IMG/VR virus record: IMGVR_UViG_3300032212_000010
Span: 1 to 56,425 of that record
Reading direction: 5' to 3' (one strand)
Source: a virus
Taxonomy: Duplodnaviria > Caudoviricetes
Length of the DNA stretch: 56,425 nucleotides
Part shown: positions 38,513-47,727 of the stretch, one piece after another
Layout of the letters: every line of letters starts with the position of its first letter
How positions within the stretch are numbered: the first letter of the stretch is position 1
Notes under the pieces: model-generated
Seen by the model: only the letters and a program-made list of their open reading frames with translations
Database searches by the model: none
Told to the model about the DNA's origin: nothing
Program-made: the position numbers and the translations under genes

Positions 38513-38714
38513 CACCATCAACCTCTTCATTATTTTTTAAGCGTTTTTTTAAGCGCTCAAGACTGACATCGTCAGTAGGCCCATTAATTACAGATGGTAA
38601 ATCAGCCTCATCTTCGACTTCAAGAGACTTCTTAATATATTTTTTCACAAAATCACTACCGGATTTCATTCTCTCGATTGCTTCTTGTGTCTCAATGTTA
38701 TCTTTGTCAGCCAT
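38505..38714 (-). CDS. Microprotein 1 of GNAT module A (charged, 69 aa)
   Basis: Starts 1 nt after the GNAT-like stop; ends EEVDGDE. Confidence 0.65.
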   Translation of the reverse strand: MADKDNIETQEAIERMKSGSDFVKKYIKKSLEVEDEADLPSVINGPTDDVSLERLKKRLKNNEEVDGDE

Positions 38715-38715
38715 A

Positions 38716-39267
38716 TTAATACTCCAGCTTCAAACTTGAATACTCAGTAACACCAAGGCGATTTTTAACAGGCTTATAACCAAGCGTCTTATAATAAGAA
38801 ACCACTTTATCATTCACCGGATTCATCATCCTTAATTCATCAGCACCTAACAACATTGCATAGTTAATTGCAGCCGATGTAACTATTGTTGTTAGTTGGT
38901 TTCTTAACGGGTTATCACTTAATGGTGATGCCTCAACTAGTTCCAGCCTAAGCTTTGTTTTTCTTTTGGTCGGTATACCATAACTTAACCCACATAATTG
39001 TCCACCTTGCCATACAGCAATATCAAAACGCTTTACTTCTTTGCTGTAATTATTATACATAGACATCCAACTCCACTGCGACCGAGATTTTCGATATGCC
39101 CCCTCTGTCACATTCTTCCAACTATCCGCTGTTTGTGCTGCACCAAACGATATTTCATCTAGGTCAAAGGCACTAATACTTCCCTTATATTGATCTAAGG
39201 TATGCTGATAACATACTTCGCGTAACTGCTGATAGTGTTCCCTAGTTTGTTTATACGTCCGAACCAT
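38716..39267 (-). CDS. GNAT-fold-like protein, module A
   Basis: RFDIAVW...LCGLSYG...LRLELVEASP...YAMLLGADELRMMNPVN...YYKTLGY; clear homologue at 52717. Confidence 0.65.
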   Translation of the reverse strand: MVRTYKQTREHYQQLREVCYQHTLDQYKGSISAFDLDEISFGAAQTADSWKNVTEGAYRKSRSQWSWMSMYNNYSKEVKRFDIAVWQGGQLCGLSYGIPTKRKTKLRLELVEASPLSDNPLRNQLTTIVTSAAINYAMLLGADELRMMNPVNDKVVSYYKTLGYKPVKNRLGVTEYSSLKLEY

Positions 39268-39394
39268 GGTATATCCCTTTGTTTTTATTAATAAAACAAC
39301 ATAACCTTACGCTGCATTTATTTATAATATTAACAAAGCTTTTTATATTCGGATACCCCTAAAATTATTTAACAACACCCCTGTTTGCCTATGC

Positions 39395-39994
39395 TCATCT
39401 CGCCGTTCTTAACGCCCTAGCCATTGCCAGATTAAAATTACGAACTACCACCTGCTTTACCCGCTTTTCAGCCACCTCATGAAATTGATACTGCGGCTTG
39501 TACTTAGCCACCGACTCAAAGGCCAGCAATAATTGAGTACCACGGCGTGTACGCTGATAAATACCCGCCACTCCACCCACCACTCCACTGAAAACATCTG
39601 CGCGTCGTAATAACTTTTGTACTTTGCCCCGTGGAATATTGCCGTATTTGTTGCGTTTTAGTGTCACGGGTAACAGGTGCGCTTTATTCTTTGGCTTGCG
39701 CGTACCCCCTTCCACCACCCACTTTAAATACTCTGCCTGACTATCTTTTATAAACACCTGGGCTTGCCAGTTTGTTTTTGTGGCTTTGCGTATAGCCACG
39801 CCTCGCTTAGTAAAGGGGGTGGGCCGATCGAGTTGCCGATCCATGGCAATCTTTTCTGATCGTTGTGCGCTTTGTACTGTTCTGGTTAATGTTAACGCCA
39901 TGGCAAACGGGATTTGTTTTTGAGCGATGTCATCCAGACCTTGTGTAAGTTGTTTAAGGTTTGATCGGACATTCACCGCGAGACCATTCATCAA
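39395..39994 (-). CDS. Phage virion morphogenesis protein (gpZ-like)
   Basis: Basic; KQIPFAMALTLTRT...LDRPTPFT...F..AMARALRTAR. Confidence 0.6.
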   Translation of the reverse strand: MMNGLAVNVRSNLKQLTQGLDDIAQKQIPFAMALTLTRTVQSAQRSEKIAMDRQLDRPTPFTKRGVAIRKATKTNWQAQVFIKDSQAEYLKWVVEGGTRKPKNKAHLLPVTLKRNKYGNIPRGKVQKLLRRADVFSGVVGGVAGIYQRTRRGTQLLLAFESVAKYKPQYQFHEVAEKRVKQVVVRNFNLAMARALRTAR

Positions 39995-40269
39995 AGCACC
40001 ATAAGCTTAAATAATAAAGCGATGCCTGCACCCAATAAAGCCCATAAGAAACGGCTGATAATATTGATGCGGGTTTCACGTTGTCCCGCATTGAGCTGAA
40101 GCTCACGAACCAACTTGTCCTGATTGTTTAAACGCTGAACCAGTTGAGCCGTCTCGTTACGTTGCGCAAGAAGGCGCTCATCAAAGCGAGCAAGTTCAGC
40201 CAGGGCGCTTGCCATTTTCTCAAGACTCTCTTCAATTTTATCTAAGCGTTTTTCTATCGTCTGACTCAT
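39991..40269 (-). CDS. Small coiled-coil/1-TM protein, holin-like candidate
   Basis: Coupled to the endolysin gene; C-terminal TM. Confidence 0.45.
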   Translation of the reverse strand: MSQTIEKRLDKIEESLEKMASALAELARFDERLLAQRNETAQLVQRLNNQDKLVRELQLNAGQRETRINIISRFLWALLGAGIALLFKLMVL

Positions 40270-40745
40270 AGTACGCCTGCAATATAATGATTAAAATGTT
40301 GAATAAATTGCTCTGTGCTGCCTTTACCTTTTACAGTGTTGTAATGCTCCTTCCAGTAACGGGCCAAACCTCGAATATCATCTGCTGCGGGTAGCTTTTC
40401 TTTTACCCGACGATAATGTAATCGGCACATCACCACGTTATAACGCAGGTCATATATCAGGCGATCGGCATTCGGATCATTTATATCAAATACGAGTTTT
40501 AGACGATCAACCAATTCTGGTTTATAGCGCAGATAGTTTAGCCATATATCGTCATGGGTAACGGGTTCCATTTGTATGATACCCAGTGCTGGCCCACCGA
40601 CTTGTTTGATAAACCGACCAGACAGGGACTCATGTGCAATCGTTCCCATGATTAATGCTCGGGCTGCGGGTTGAGAGAATTGTTTTCCTAGCGACAATAG
40701 CGCAGGCTTCACAACAAGATCGTGAAGTTGGTTGGCTTCAATCAT
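40266..40745 (-). CDS. Lysozyme-fold endolysin candidate
   Basis: GTIAHES...GPALGIIQME...YNVVMCRLHY...YWKEHYNT..GKG; first late gene. Confidence 0.65.
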   Translation of the reverse strand: MIEANQLHDLVVKPALLSLGKQFSQPAARALIMGTIAHESLSGRFIKQVGGPALGIIQMEPVTHDDIWLNYLRYKPELVDRLKLVFDINDPNADRLIYDLRYNVVMCRLHYRRVKEKLPAADDIRGLARYWKEHYNTVKGKGSTEQFIQHFNHYIAGVL

Positions 40746-40938
40746 GGGATTCCTGTTACTGTATTAATTGGCTGGATTATTTGAGTGTTTTTTCAGGCAA
40801 AAAAAAGTCCGCTCATTTAGGGCAAATGGCGAACTTAAATTTTAAAGCCTGAAAAGGGTTCAGGCTTCGATTAAGTCAGAGTTTTTTCCAACTTAGATAT
40901 ATTGTAGTCAAGTTGGGACAGTCATGGAAGGGAAAAAT

Positions 40939-41868
40939 CTATTCAAGTATATTTTTATCTACATTTTCTTCATCATCAAACTCATAATCTTTTCTATTCG
41001 GCCTCCGCATACCATCTACCCATTTAGAAAACAAAGAGCTTTCATCCCAAAGCATTATTTTATGCCCATATATTATATCAATTGCTAATGCCTTACGCTT
41101 ACTATCAGAAAAAGAACACAAAAAATCATGCTGATTCATAACTTTATATATTTCTTTTGTATATATCTTTTTAACTCGATTCTCAAAAAAATAGAAAAAT
41201 CGTGATAGAATTGGCATCGCTATTAAAATCATAAACCCAACACCAAATAAAACTACTCCTACTAAAACCTTTATAATTGTTTTTTCTTGTTTTATATAAG
41301 CTGGGCTATTCTCATAATCATAAATTCTTTTAGTTAGACCTGTTTTTTGTATTTGCACATCCACATCTGGCTCCACATCACCTTTTAAGTATATATACGA
41401 CTTAAAAATTGGTTCACTTTTCTCAGTTCTATTTACAACTTTAATAGTATATTTAAATAATTTATTATCAATATAATGACTCTCTATACTTTCCTTTTTA
41501 ACGCCGTCTTTAATATCACCGGCACCAAAAGCCACACCACCAAAGACGGTTAATTTATTATTATTTTTATCTTTTATTGATATAATAACAGGTACATCTG
41601 TATAGTCTGTATTTGAAAAATTATAAATACCAACATTGATTCTAGTTAATTTTTCACTCTTATTCTTCCCGATGGACACAAAAGAATCTTTTCCGAACAA
41701 ATATGGTGCGTTTAAAAATTCATTTTCCACCTCAGTATACACATCAAGGTATTGCATTTCATTGCTTTTCTCATAAAACCACGACGTAATTAGATAAGTA
41801 AAAAAAACAGGAACCAAAACCATTAAATATTTTTCAACATGTTTAAATTTATTCATTTGACACTCCAT
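40939..41868 (-). CDS. Moron: hypothetical 2-TM protein with a large loop
   Basis: AT-rich; TM near the N-terminus and near residue 200. Confidence 0.65.
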   Translation of the reverse strand: MECQMNKFKHVEKYLMVLVPVFFTYLITSWFYEKSNEMQYLDVYTEVENEFLNAPYLFGKDSFVSIGKNKSEKLTRINVGIYNFSNTDYTDVPVIISIKDKNNNKLTVFGGVAFGAGDIKDGVKKESIESHYIDNKLFKYTIKVVNRTEKSEPIFKSYIYLKGDVEPDVDVQIQKTGLTKRIYDYENSPAYIKQEKTIIKVLVGVVLFGVGFMILIAMPILSRFFYFFENRVKKIYTKEIYKVMNQHDFLCSFSDSKRKALAIDIIYGHKIMLWDESSLFSKWVDGMRRPNRKDYEFDDEENVDKNILE

Positions 41869-41892
41869 ATCACTAGTTCTTTCAAAAACATA

Positions 41893-42828
41893 TTATCTCA
41901 TTAAACCGAATGCATTTTCATCATAATGACACTCATGTTCAGGCGTCATCATCAACAAATCTTTAGGTATTCCCTTAAGCAAAGAATATTCTTCTATTAA
42001 TGGTTTAAACTTATTACCCCCTAAATCACTAAGGCAGTTATAAAATATCAACATCATTTCATTCACAGATAGCTGAGCCCTTAAAAGATTACTATATAGG
42101 CACTTATCTTCTATATCGCTTGTGTGAATAAATTTTGCGATATTATACAAGCTTCTAAAATAATGACCTATTTCCGATTGATTCTTATCGTAAAAATCCA
42201 GATAAGCAGAGTTTATTACTTTTAATTTAGGCTTAATCAACGCCTCTTTTTCAGGATCACGATACATGGCTTTTTCTTTTTCGATGCCCACAATATTAGT
42301 TTTTTCTACATTATTAATTAAACAATATACAGTATCATCAAACTCTCTTTTGAACCTATCATAAAACACCTTAAAACAGTCTCTACCTTTGGTTGTTCTC
42401 TTTGTTCTTGAATTATAGAGATCTATGGACTTAACTATTTCCTGATGAAGTGATAATAATTGAAAAAATGTCCCCTCAAATCTTTGTCTAGACTGAGTCA
42501 ATGCCTGCTCTTTTTGAGCCTTACTGGTTTCCTCTAGCGCTTCAGCTGTTTTACTAAACTCCTTTTTCTGAATCAAAACAGAAACAGTTAACCAGTAAAA
42601 TGCTGAAAAAGCCACGAGAGGATTTAATATGCCACCTACAAAATCACCAAATGTACCCCAATCACCACTATTTAAACTTAGTGCCTGGTGTTGTACTACA
42701 TAAAACCAAACTGCATAGCCACCAATCACCAAACAAAATAAAATTCCAATAAATAGCCGACTACTTTTTATAGCACCTTCGAGATCATCATTTTTCATAT
42801 GCTTATCGCCAAATCTAGTCAGAGACAA
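41893..42828 (-). CDS. Putative phage abortive infection protein (putAbiC-like)
   Basis: WGTFGDFVGGILNP TM motif; FEGTFFQLL; GHYFRSLYNI..F; YSNLLRAQLS.NE...IFYN. Confidence 0.8.
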   Translation of the reverse strand: MSLTRFGDKHMKNDDLEGAIKSSRLFIGILFCLVIGGYAVWFYVVQHQALSLNSGDWGTFGDFVGGILNPLVAFSAFYWLTVSVLIQKKEFSKTAEALEETSKAQKEQALTQSRQRFEGTFFQLLSLHQEIVKSIDLYNSRTKRTTKGRDCFKVFYDRFKREFDDTVYCLINNVEKTNIVGIEKEKAMYRDPEKEALIKPKLKVINSAYLDFYDKNQSEIGHYFRSLYNIAKFIHTSDIEDKCLYSNLLRAQLSVNEMMLIFYNCLSDLGGNKFKPLIEEYSLLKGIPKDLLMMTPEHECHYDENAFGLMR

Positions 42829-42895
42829 AAACCCTGATTATCACCAAAAATAGATTAAGAGCAACTAGTCCTCTATTGACATCATCTCAATCATA

Positions 42896-43402
42896 TCACC
42901 CCAACATAGTCACCATGCCTTCAAATTGCCACATAACCCAATCATCAAGCAGTCGGGAAACTTTACCATAATTTTTAAAATCATTACGAATAAACGTCTT
43001 AGGATGAATCTTCATAAATCGCGCCCTAGCTGCAAGCGAAGTATATTCTTGAGGCGAAGCCATCTCCTCAATCGCCAAACAACAATATTTTCTCAGTAGT
43101 TTAATATTGTCTTCCTTCTTCAAGTCAAACCAGTCCTCTTCCATGGCAAGCTTAATCGCATCATTAAACAGATAATCGCATAGCAGGAGTTGGCGCTTTG
43201 TATGCCCCGATGCTTTTAGCTCAGCCGCCATATCATATTTAATATGTCGGCCTGCGCGTACAGCACTAATATCCGCTTTGGTTCGTTGCTCCGTTCCCCC
43301 GCCACTCCCCGGTACCTGATCATATTGCACCCCTCTGGCCTGCTGGGCTGCATAAAGTTTGGCTCCTCGATCTTCTATATAATCATAGTAATCACTGCTC
43401 AT
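42896..43402 (-). CDS. Late-gene regulator, antiterminator Q-like (tentative)
   Basis: Last early gene; C-terminal HTH-like AARARFMKIHPKTFIR; GGAG SD before ATG 43402. Confidence 0.45.
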   Translation of the reverse strand: MSSDYYDYIEDRGAKLYAAQQARGVQYDQVPGSGGGTEQRTKADISAVRAGRHIKYDMAAELKASGHTKRQLLLCDYLFNDAIKLAMEEDWFDLKKEDNIKLLRKYCCLAIEEMASPQEYTSLAARARFMKIHPKTFIRNDFKNYGKVSRLLDDWVMWQFEGMVTMLG

Positions 43403-43415
43403 TTCTATCTCTCCC

Positions 43416-43931
43416 CTATGCGGCCTGATGGTTATTATCAATCAAGGTATCTATACATTGATCTTCAACGCATTCACAAATGGGCATGTATTTCATGAGC
43501 ATTTGTGCTGTTGCTTTACTTGGTTTTCGGCATTCACTTTTGATGGTGAGACAGGCTTCGATGTAGGGTGTCGGATCGGTTACATCCAGTATGTCCATTT
43601 CTTTTAAGATGCGTTGCACCCAGGCGGTTTCAATACTCATTTCTTCCAGCTCTTTTATTTGGCTTGAGTAGAGGTAAATTATGGCCATGGCTTTTCCGGT
43701 GACACCGGCACCATTTAAGTACAAATCTTCCATTGCCTGATACACAATGGCTAAGCGAAGCCTGGCATCACTTTTTTGGTGCTCATCTATCTGGGCCAGC
43801 ACCTCTTTTTCTATTTTCTTTTTTGCCAGTGCTACACGCTGATTGATTGCCAATGAAAGTACGGCGGCTTTCTTTGCAATGCTTTTATCGGCAATGACTT
43901 TATCCCTGTTTACTGTAACGACTCTTTTCAT
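43416..43931 (-). CDS. Hypothetical phage protein
   Basis: GAGG SD; in the replication operon. Confidence 0.65.
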   Translation of the reverse strand: MKRVVTVNRDKVIADKSIAKKAAVLSLAINQRVALAKKKIEKEVLAQIDEHQKSDARLRLAIVYQAMEDLYLNGAGVTGKAMAIIYLYSSQIKELEEMSIETAWVQRILKEMDILDVTDPTPYIEACLTIKSECRKPSKATAQMLMKYMPICECVEDQCIDTLIDNNHQAA

Positions 43932-44024
43932 TCAGTGTTTTCCTCTTTGTTGTTTGTTTGTTGTTTTATGCTTATTTTTTAGTTAATTTTTATGTCTGTT
44001 TTTATTTTCATTTATTTTTTTGGT

Positions 44025-45287
44025 TTATTTTTCATCAGAAACTTTCATATATTCTTCAAGCCAATAACAACACACAAAACCAATGGGGCCATGGCGGTTT
44101 TTTTGTACGTCTATTTCCATTAAGCCTTTTTGATCGGTGTTCTCGTTATACACTTCATCCCGGTAAAGCAACATAATGCAATCCGCTTCCTGCTCAATCA
44201 CACCGGAGTCTTTTAGATCCCCCATACGAGGTCGTTTATTACTGCGCTTTTCCACTTCACGGTTCACCTGTGCGAGTGCCACCACCGGAATATCTAATTC
44301 GCGGGCGAGCTCTTTTAGCGCCATCACTACATTGCCGACCTGCTCATGTTTAGGAATATTTTGATCTGTCCATTTAATGCGTTGTATGTAATCCACATAG
44401 AGGGCTTTTATGTTATGCAGGTGTTTCCAGACTCGGGCCTGTCTCACCACATCCATAATGCTGGGGGCGGGTTTGTCGTAGAGCCAGAGATTGGATTGCT
44501 GATGCAGGGTTGCCACCGTGTTACTGACTTTTGTGAAGTCTTCCTCTGTCATTTTTCCGGTGCGCATGTGGTTGGCATTCACCCGCCCGTGAATAGCGAT
44601 TAACCGCATACCCATTTGTTCATTGGGTTGCTCGGCACTGATAATCCCCACGGGTTGTTTGGCGTTATTGGCAAGGTTTAACATAAAGGCGGTTTTACCC
44701 ATGGCGGGTCTTGCACCGATGATGGTTAAATCTGAATTATGTAATCCACTTAAAATTGCATCGAGACGTTTTAAGCCCATGGGGATACCGACGATGTCTT
44801 CTGACTCATACGCCGCTTCAATATTGATGATGGCTTTTTGCAGGGCTTGCCCGATGGAGCTGTCATATTGCTTTTGGGTTTGCGCCAGTGCCATTAAACC
44901 CCGCACAGCTTGATCAACTACTTGCAGGCTGTTTTCGGCATGGTCTATGGTGTTGAGTAATTCGACGGCGACTTCTTTGGCTTTTTTGTTTCTGGCATCT
45001 TTTTTTACGATGTGAGCATAAGCCACCGCGTTAACGACGGTGGGACAATCTTTTGCAGCTTGCCCTATCACTGACAGGGCTTTCATGTTCGGGTGGGATT
45101 TGTTTAAACGTTCTGCGACGGTAATAATATCTACCACGTCATTGGCAGCCACCATATCCAGCACGGCTTGATAGGCAATGGCGTAGCTTTGGGTTTCAAA
45201 GTCTTCGGCCAGTAAATCCATTTCCGCCACCAGGGTGGGCTTTTTCATGACCGCACCCAGTACCGCATGTTCCGCATCAAAACTCAT
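44025..45287 (-). CDS. dnaB: Phage replicative helicase, DnaB family
   Basis: GARPAMGKT, VDYIQ, LAQVNR, DLKDSGVIEQEAD, KNRHGP. Confidence 0.95.
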   Translation of the reverse strand: MSFDAEHAVLGAVMKKPTLVAEMDLLAEDFETQSYAIAYQAVLDMVAANDVVDIITVAERLNKSHPNMKALSVIGQAAKDCPTVVNAVAYAHIVKKDARNKKAKEVAVELLNTIDHAENSLQVVDQAVRGLMALAQTQKQYDSSIGQALQKAIINIEAAYESEDIVGIPMGLKRLDAILSGLHNSDLTIIGARPAMGKTAFMLNLANNAKQPVGIISAEQPNEQMGMRLIAIHGRVNANHMRTGKMTEEDFTKVSNTVATLHQQSNLWLYDKPAPSIMDVVRQARVWKHLHNIKALYVDYIQRIKWTDQNIPKHEQVGNVVMALKELARELDIPVVALAQVNREVEKRSNKRPRMGDLKDSGVIEQEADCIMLLYRDEVYNENTDQKGLMEIDVQKNRHGPIGFVCCYWLEEYMKVSDEK

Positions 45288-46189
45288 CCGACTAATTCCT
45301 TGCGGGGTCGGTTGTCATCTTGTTGGTTGCGATAGCTTTGTAATTTGCTCGGTGGGTTCAAGCGGTTTTTTAACCAGGCGGGTTTAATGCTTTGCCAACC
45401 GGCGTCGATGGTTTCATCGACGATTTGATTTAAGTCCAGGCCACAGTCGGTGCAGGTTTGTAATGCACTCAGGTACAAACTGAACCCGTGTTGGGTTAGT
45501 GGTTTTTTGATGGCCTTGCGGTGGTCGATGAAATTTTTAGCCGATTGAATGCTTAAACCGTCAGGCAGGTTGATTAATTCAATGCCTTTGTATTTTTCTG
45601 TTTTTGGTTTTTCACTTTCGAACTTTTCTTTTGTTAGTTTTTGTTTTTTTAAACTGGTAGGTTCTTTGGTAGATTCTACTGATAGGTTCTGTAGCCCATA
45701 TATGGGCTGCTTCACTAACCCGTATATGGGCTCCTTCACTACCCCATATACGGGCTCCTTAGATGCGGCTATTGAAACGATCCCTTTTATGGGTTCATTA
45801 CCTATTTGGGGTTGTACAGGCGTGATTACAGCGCTATCTTCAGGGCGGTTTTTTGTAAGTGACCCGTTTATGGGCGCATTAGCTCTTGGCACTGGTTTAA
45901 CTTGCGCAGGGTTATATCGATCAGGCACACCCACCAGTTGGTAGACCTTCACCTGTCCGGTTCGCCCTTTTCGTTTGCCCGTGTCCAGAATTAAACCGCA
46001 TTCGACCATACGTGAAATCGCGCCCTGTACGGTTTTACGATTCAACTCCGTGTCAAACGTTAATCGACTAATGGATGGATAGCAGCAATGCGCTTCATCC
46101 GCCCGATCCGCCATCGACATTAAAACCAACTTATCAACGCCTTTACCGCAACGTTGTTGCCACGCCCAGCGCGTGGCATCAAGGCTCAT
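45284..46189 (-). CDS. Replication initiator (O-like, N-terminal HTH)
   Basis: KLVLMSMADRAD....CYPSISRL...ELNRKTV; C-terminal FIDHRKAIKKPLT...GWQSI; internal iterons. Confidence 0.85.
   Translation of the reverse strand: MSLDATRWAWQQRCGKGVDKLVLMSMADRADEAHCCYPSISRLTFDTELNRKTVQGAISRMVECGLILDTGKRKGRTGQVKVYQLVGVPDRYNPAQVKPVPRANAPINGSLTKNRPEDSAVITPVQPQIGNEPIKGIVSIAASKEPVYGVVKEPIYGLVKQPIYGLQNLSVESTKEPTSLKKQKLTKEKFESEKPKTEKYKGIELINLPDGLSIQSAKNFIDHRKAIKKPLTQHGFSLYLSALQTCTDCGLDLNQIVDETIDAGWQSIKPAWLKNRLNPPSKLQSYRNQQDDNRPRKELVG
45695..45874. repeat. Origin iterons inside the initiator gene
   Basis: CCC-N6-GGG near-palindromes at 45695, 45719, 45743 (24-bp period), 45782 and 45863. Confidence 0.75.
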
Positions 46190-46356
46190 TGTCTACTCCG
46201 ATTTGATTTCATTATTGTTTGCTCCATAACAGGTCATCTTCCCCAACCTCACGTTGGGTTAATCTGAAATAATGTATAACATAACAATATACGCACATGG
46301 AAGTAACTGATTAAAATAATCTACATTTATTTTTCAATTGGGTTATCATCTTCACC

Positions 46357-46776
46357 ATGAAGACGATTACGGATATACGCTATACCAACCTGCAACGCCT
46401 GATGCAGTCCGTGGGTGGCACCAATTCAAAGCTGGCTCACTTTCTGGGAAAAGAGCGTGGATTCACCCACGCTTATGTGCGGGAAAACAACCCCAAAAAT
46501 GTCGGCTCAGCCTTTGCGCGGTTTGTTGAAGAAAGGTTTAACAAACCCCATGGCTGGATGGATACAGAGCATTCGATTAAGTCCCCACAGCTTTTAGAAA
46601 CCCTGCGCTATATTGATGAGGAGTTGTGGGCTTATTACGAGGTCGCCACCGCACAGGAGAAGATGGAGCTGATTGATCTGGTCTTTGAGGAGCTGAGTGA
46701 TCTTGAATTAATTCAGGTGAACCCCAATCACCAGTTATTGTCAAAACTCATTAAACCCAAACTCGGGTTAACTTAA
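46357..46776 (+). CDS. CI-like repressor, DNA-binding domain without peptidase
   Basis: IRYTNLQRL...LA..LG......KNVGSAFAR.VE..FNKPHGWMD; divergent from the replication operon. Confidence 0.7.
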   Translation: MKTITDIRYTNLQRLMQSVGGTNSKLAHFLGKERGFTHAYVRENNPKNVGSAFARFVEERFNKPHGWMDTEHSIKSPQLLETLRYIDEELWAYYEVATAQEKMELIDLVFEELSDLELIQVNPNHQLLSKLIKPKLGLT

Positions 46777-46798
46777 AAACGGACAGGACGCCTTAATT

Positions 46799-47494
46799 AT
46801 GACTGATGAAAACATACTGCACTTTAAGAACAACTCTGCAAAAGAAAATGACACCCCCGCACCAACTTCAAATCGCTTAAGTGAATTAAAAAACACCTTG
46901 GATAAGCGATTAGAAGATAAGCTGGCGCAGGAACAGGCCATCGAGACACGCCAGGTTGAGCGTGAAACCCAGACCAGAAACACCTTTAAAAAGCTGATTA
47001 CAGGGTTATCTGCAGCCATACTACTGGGTGGCTTAACCAGCGCTGGCTGGGCATTAGCGCAAAAAGATAATCACCTGATACAAAAAGATAAAGACAAACT
47101 GTCTCTGGACTATACGCAACTTAAAAACCGTAACCAGCAACTGGAGCGGGAAAATGCCCGCTTACATGCGCGGCTGGATACCTCAGAAACAAATTCAATC
47201 ACCCTGGATAAGTTGTCATCGAATTTAGGCAAAGCGGTGGATGAGTTAAAAGCCAATCGCGCTGAACTCGTTGCGAAGCTCAATCAATCCAATACCGTCA
47301 TTGAGCAGCTGTATAAAGATAAGGCGTCACAGGAAAAGGCGTTTAAAACATTAACCCTGTCCTATCAGGCTTCGGAAAAGAACAATGCGACGCTGAATGA
47401 AAAGCTCAACCTGCTACACAGTATTTTCGATCAGGGGCGCAGCGTGTTAAGCCAGTCAAAACCCGAACCGATAGCGCCCAAAAAAGAAGGCTAG
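46799..47494 (+). CDS. Hypothetical 1-TM coiled-coil protein
   Basis: TM at about residues 66-86 followed by heptad repeats. Confidence 0.7.
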   Translation: MTDENILHFKNNSAKENDTPAPTSNRLSELKNTLDKRLEDKLAQEQAIETRQVERETQTRNTFKKLITGLSAAILLGGLTSAGWALAQKDNHLIQKDKDKLSLDYTQLKNRNQQLERENARLHARLDTSETNSITLDKLSSNLGKAVDELKANRAELVAKLNQSNTVIEQLYKDKASQEKAFKTLTLSYQASEKNNATLNEKLNLLHSIFDQGRSVLSQSKPEPIAPKKEG

Positions 47495-47727
47495 TTGCCT
47501 TTATTGATCAGAATTTATCATCATTGATCACAACTCGGCTCGTTAATCATTTTTGATTAGTGGGAACGGGTTTGTTTTTTTGTCCTTTCCCCGTTTAATC
47601 ACACAATCAGCTCTTAGGCCACTTCATAACCGTATAACTTTATAAGCTACACATCTTCCGTGTTTGGGGGTTACAGGCTATATTGTCGTTAACCTGAAAT
47701 CATTCATAACATCATCCCGGAGATTAA

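Noticed and set aside
45695-45760. CRISPR-like array (also the 11-bp repeats at 53810-53838)
   Set aside because: No unique spacers of CRISPR length and no cas genes; explained as iterons and arm sites
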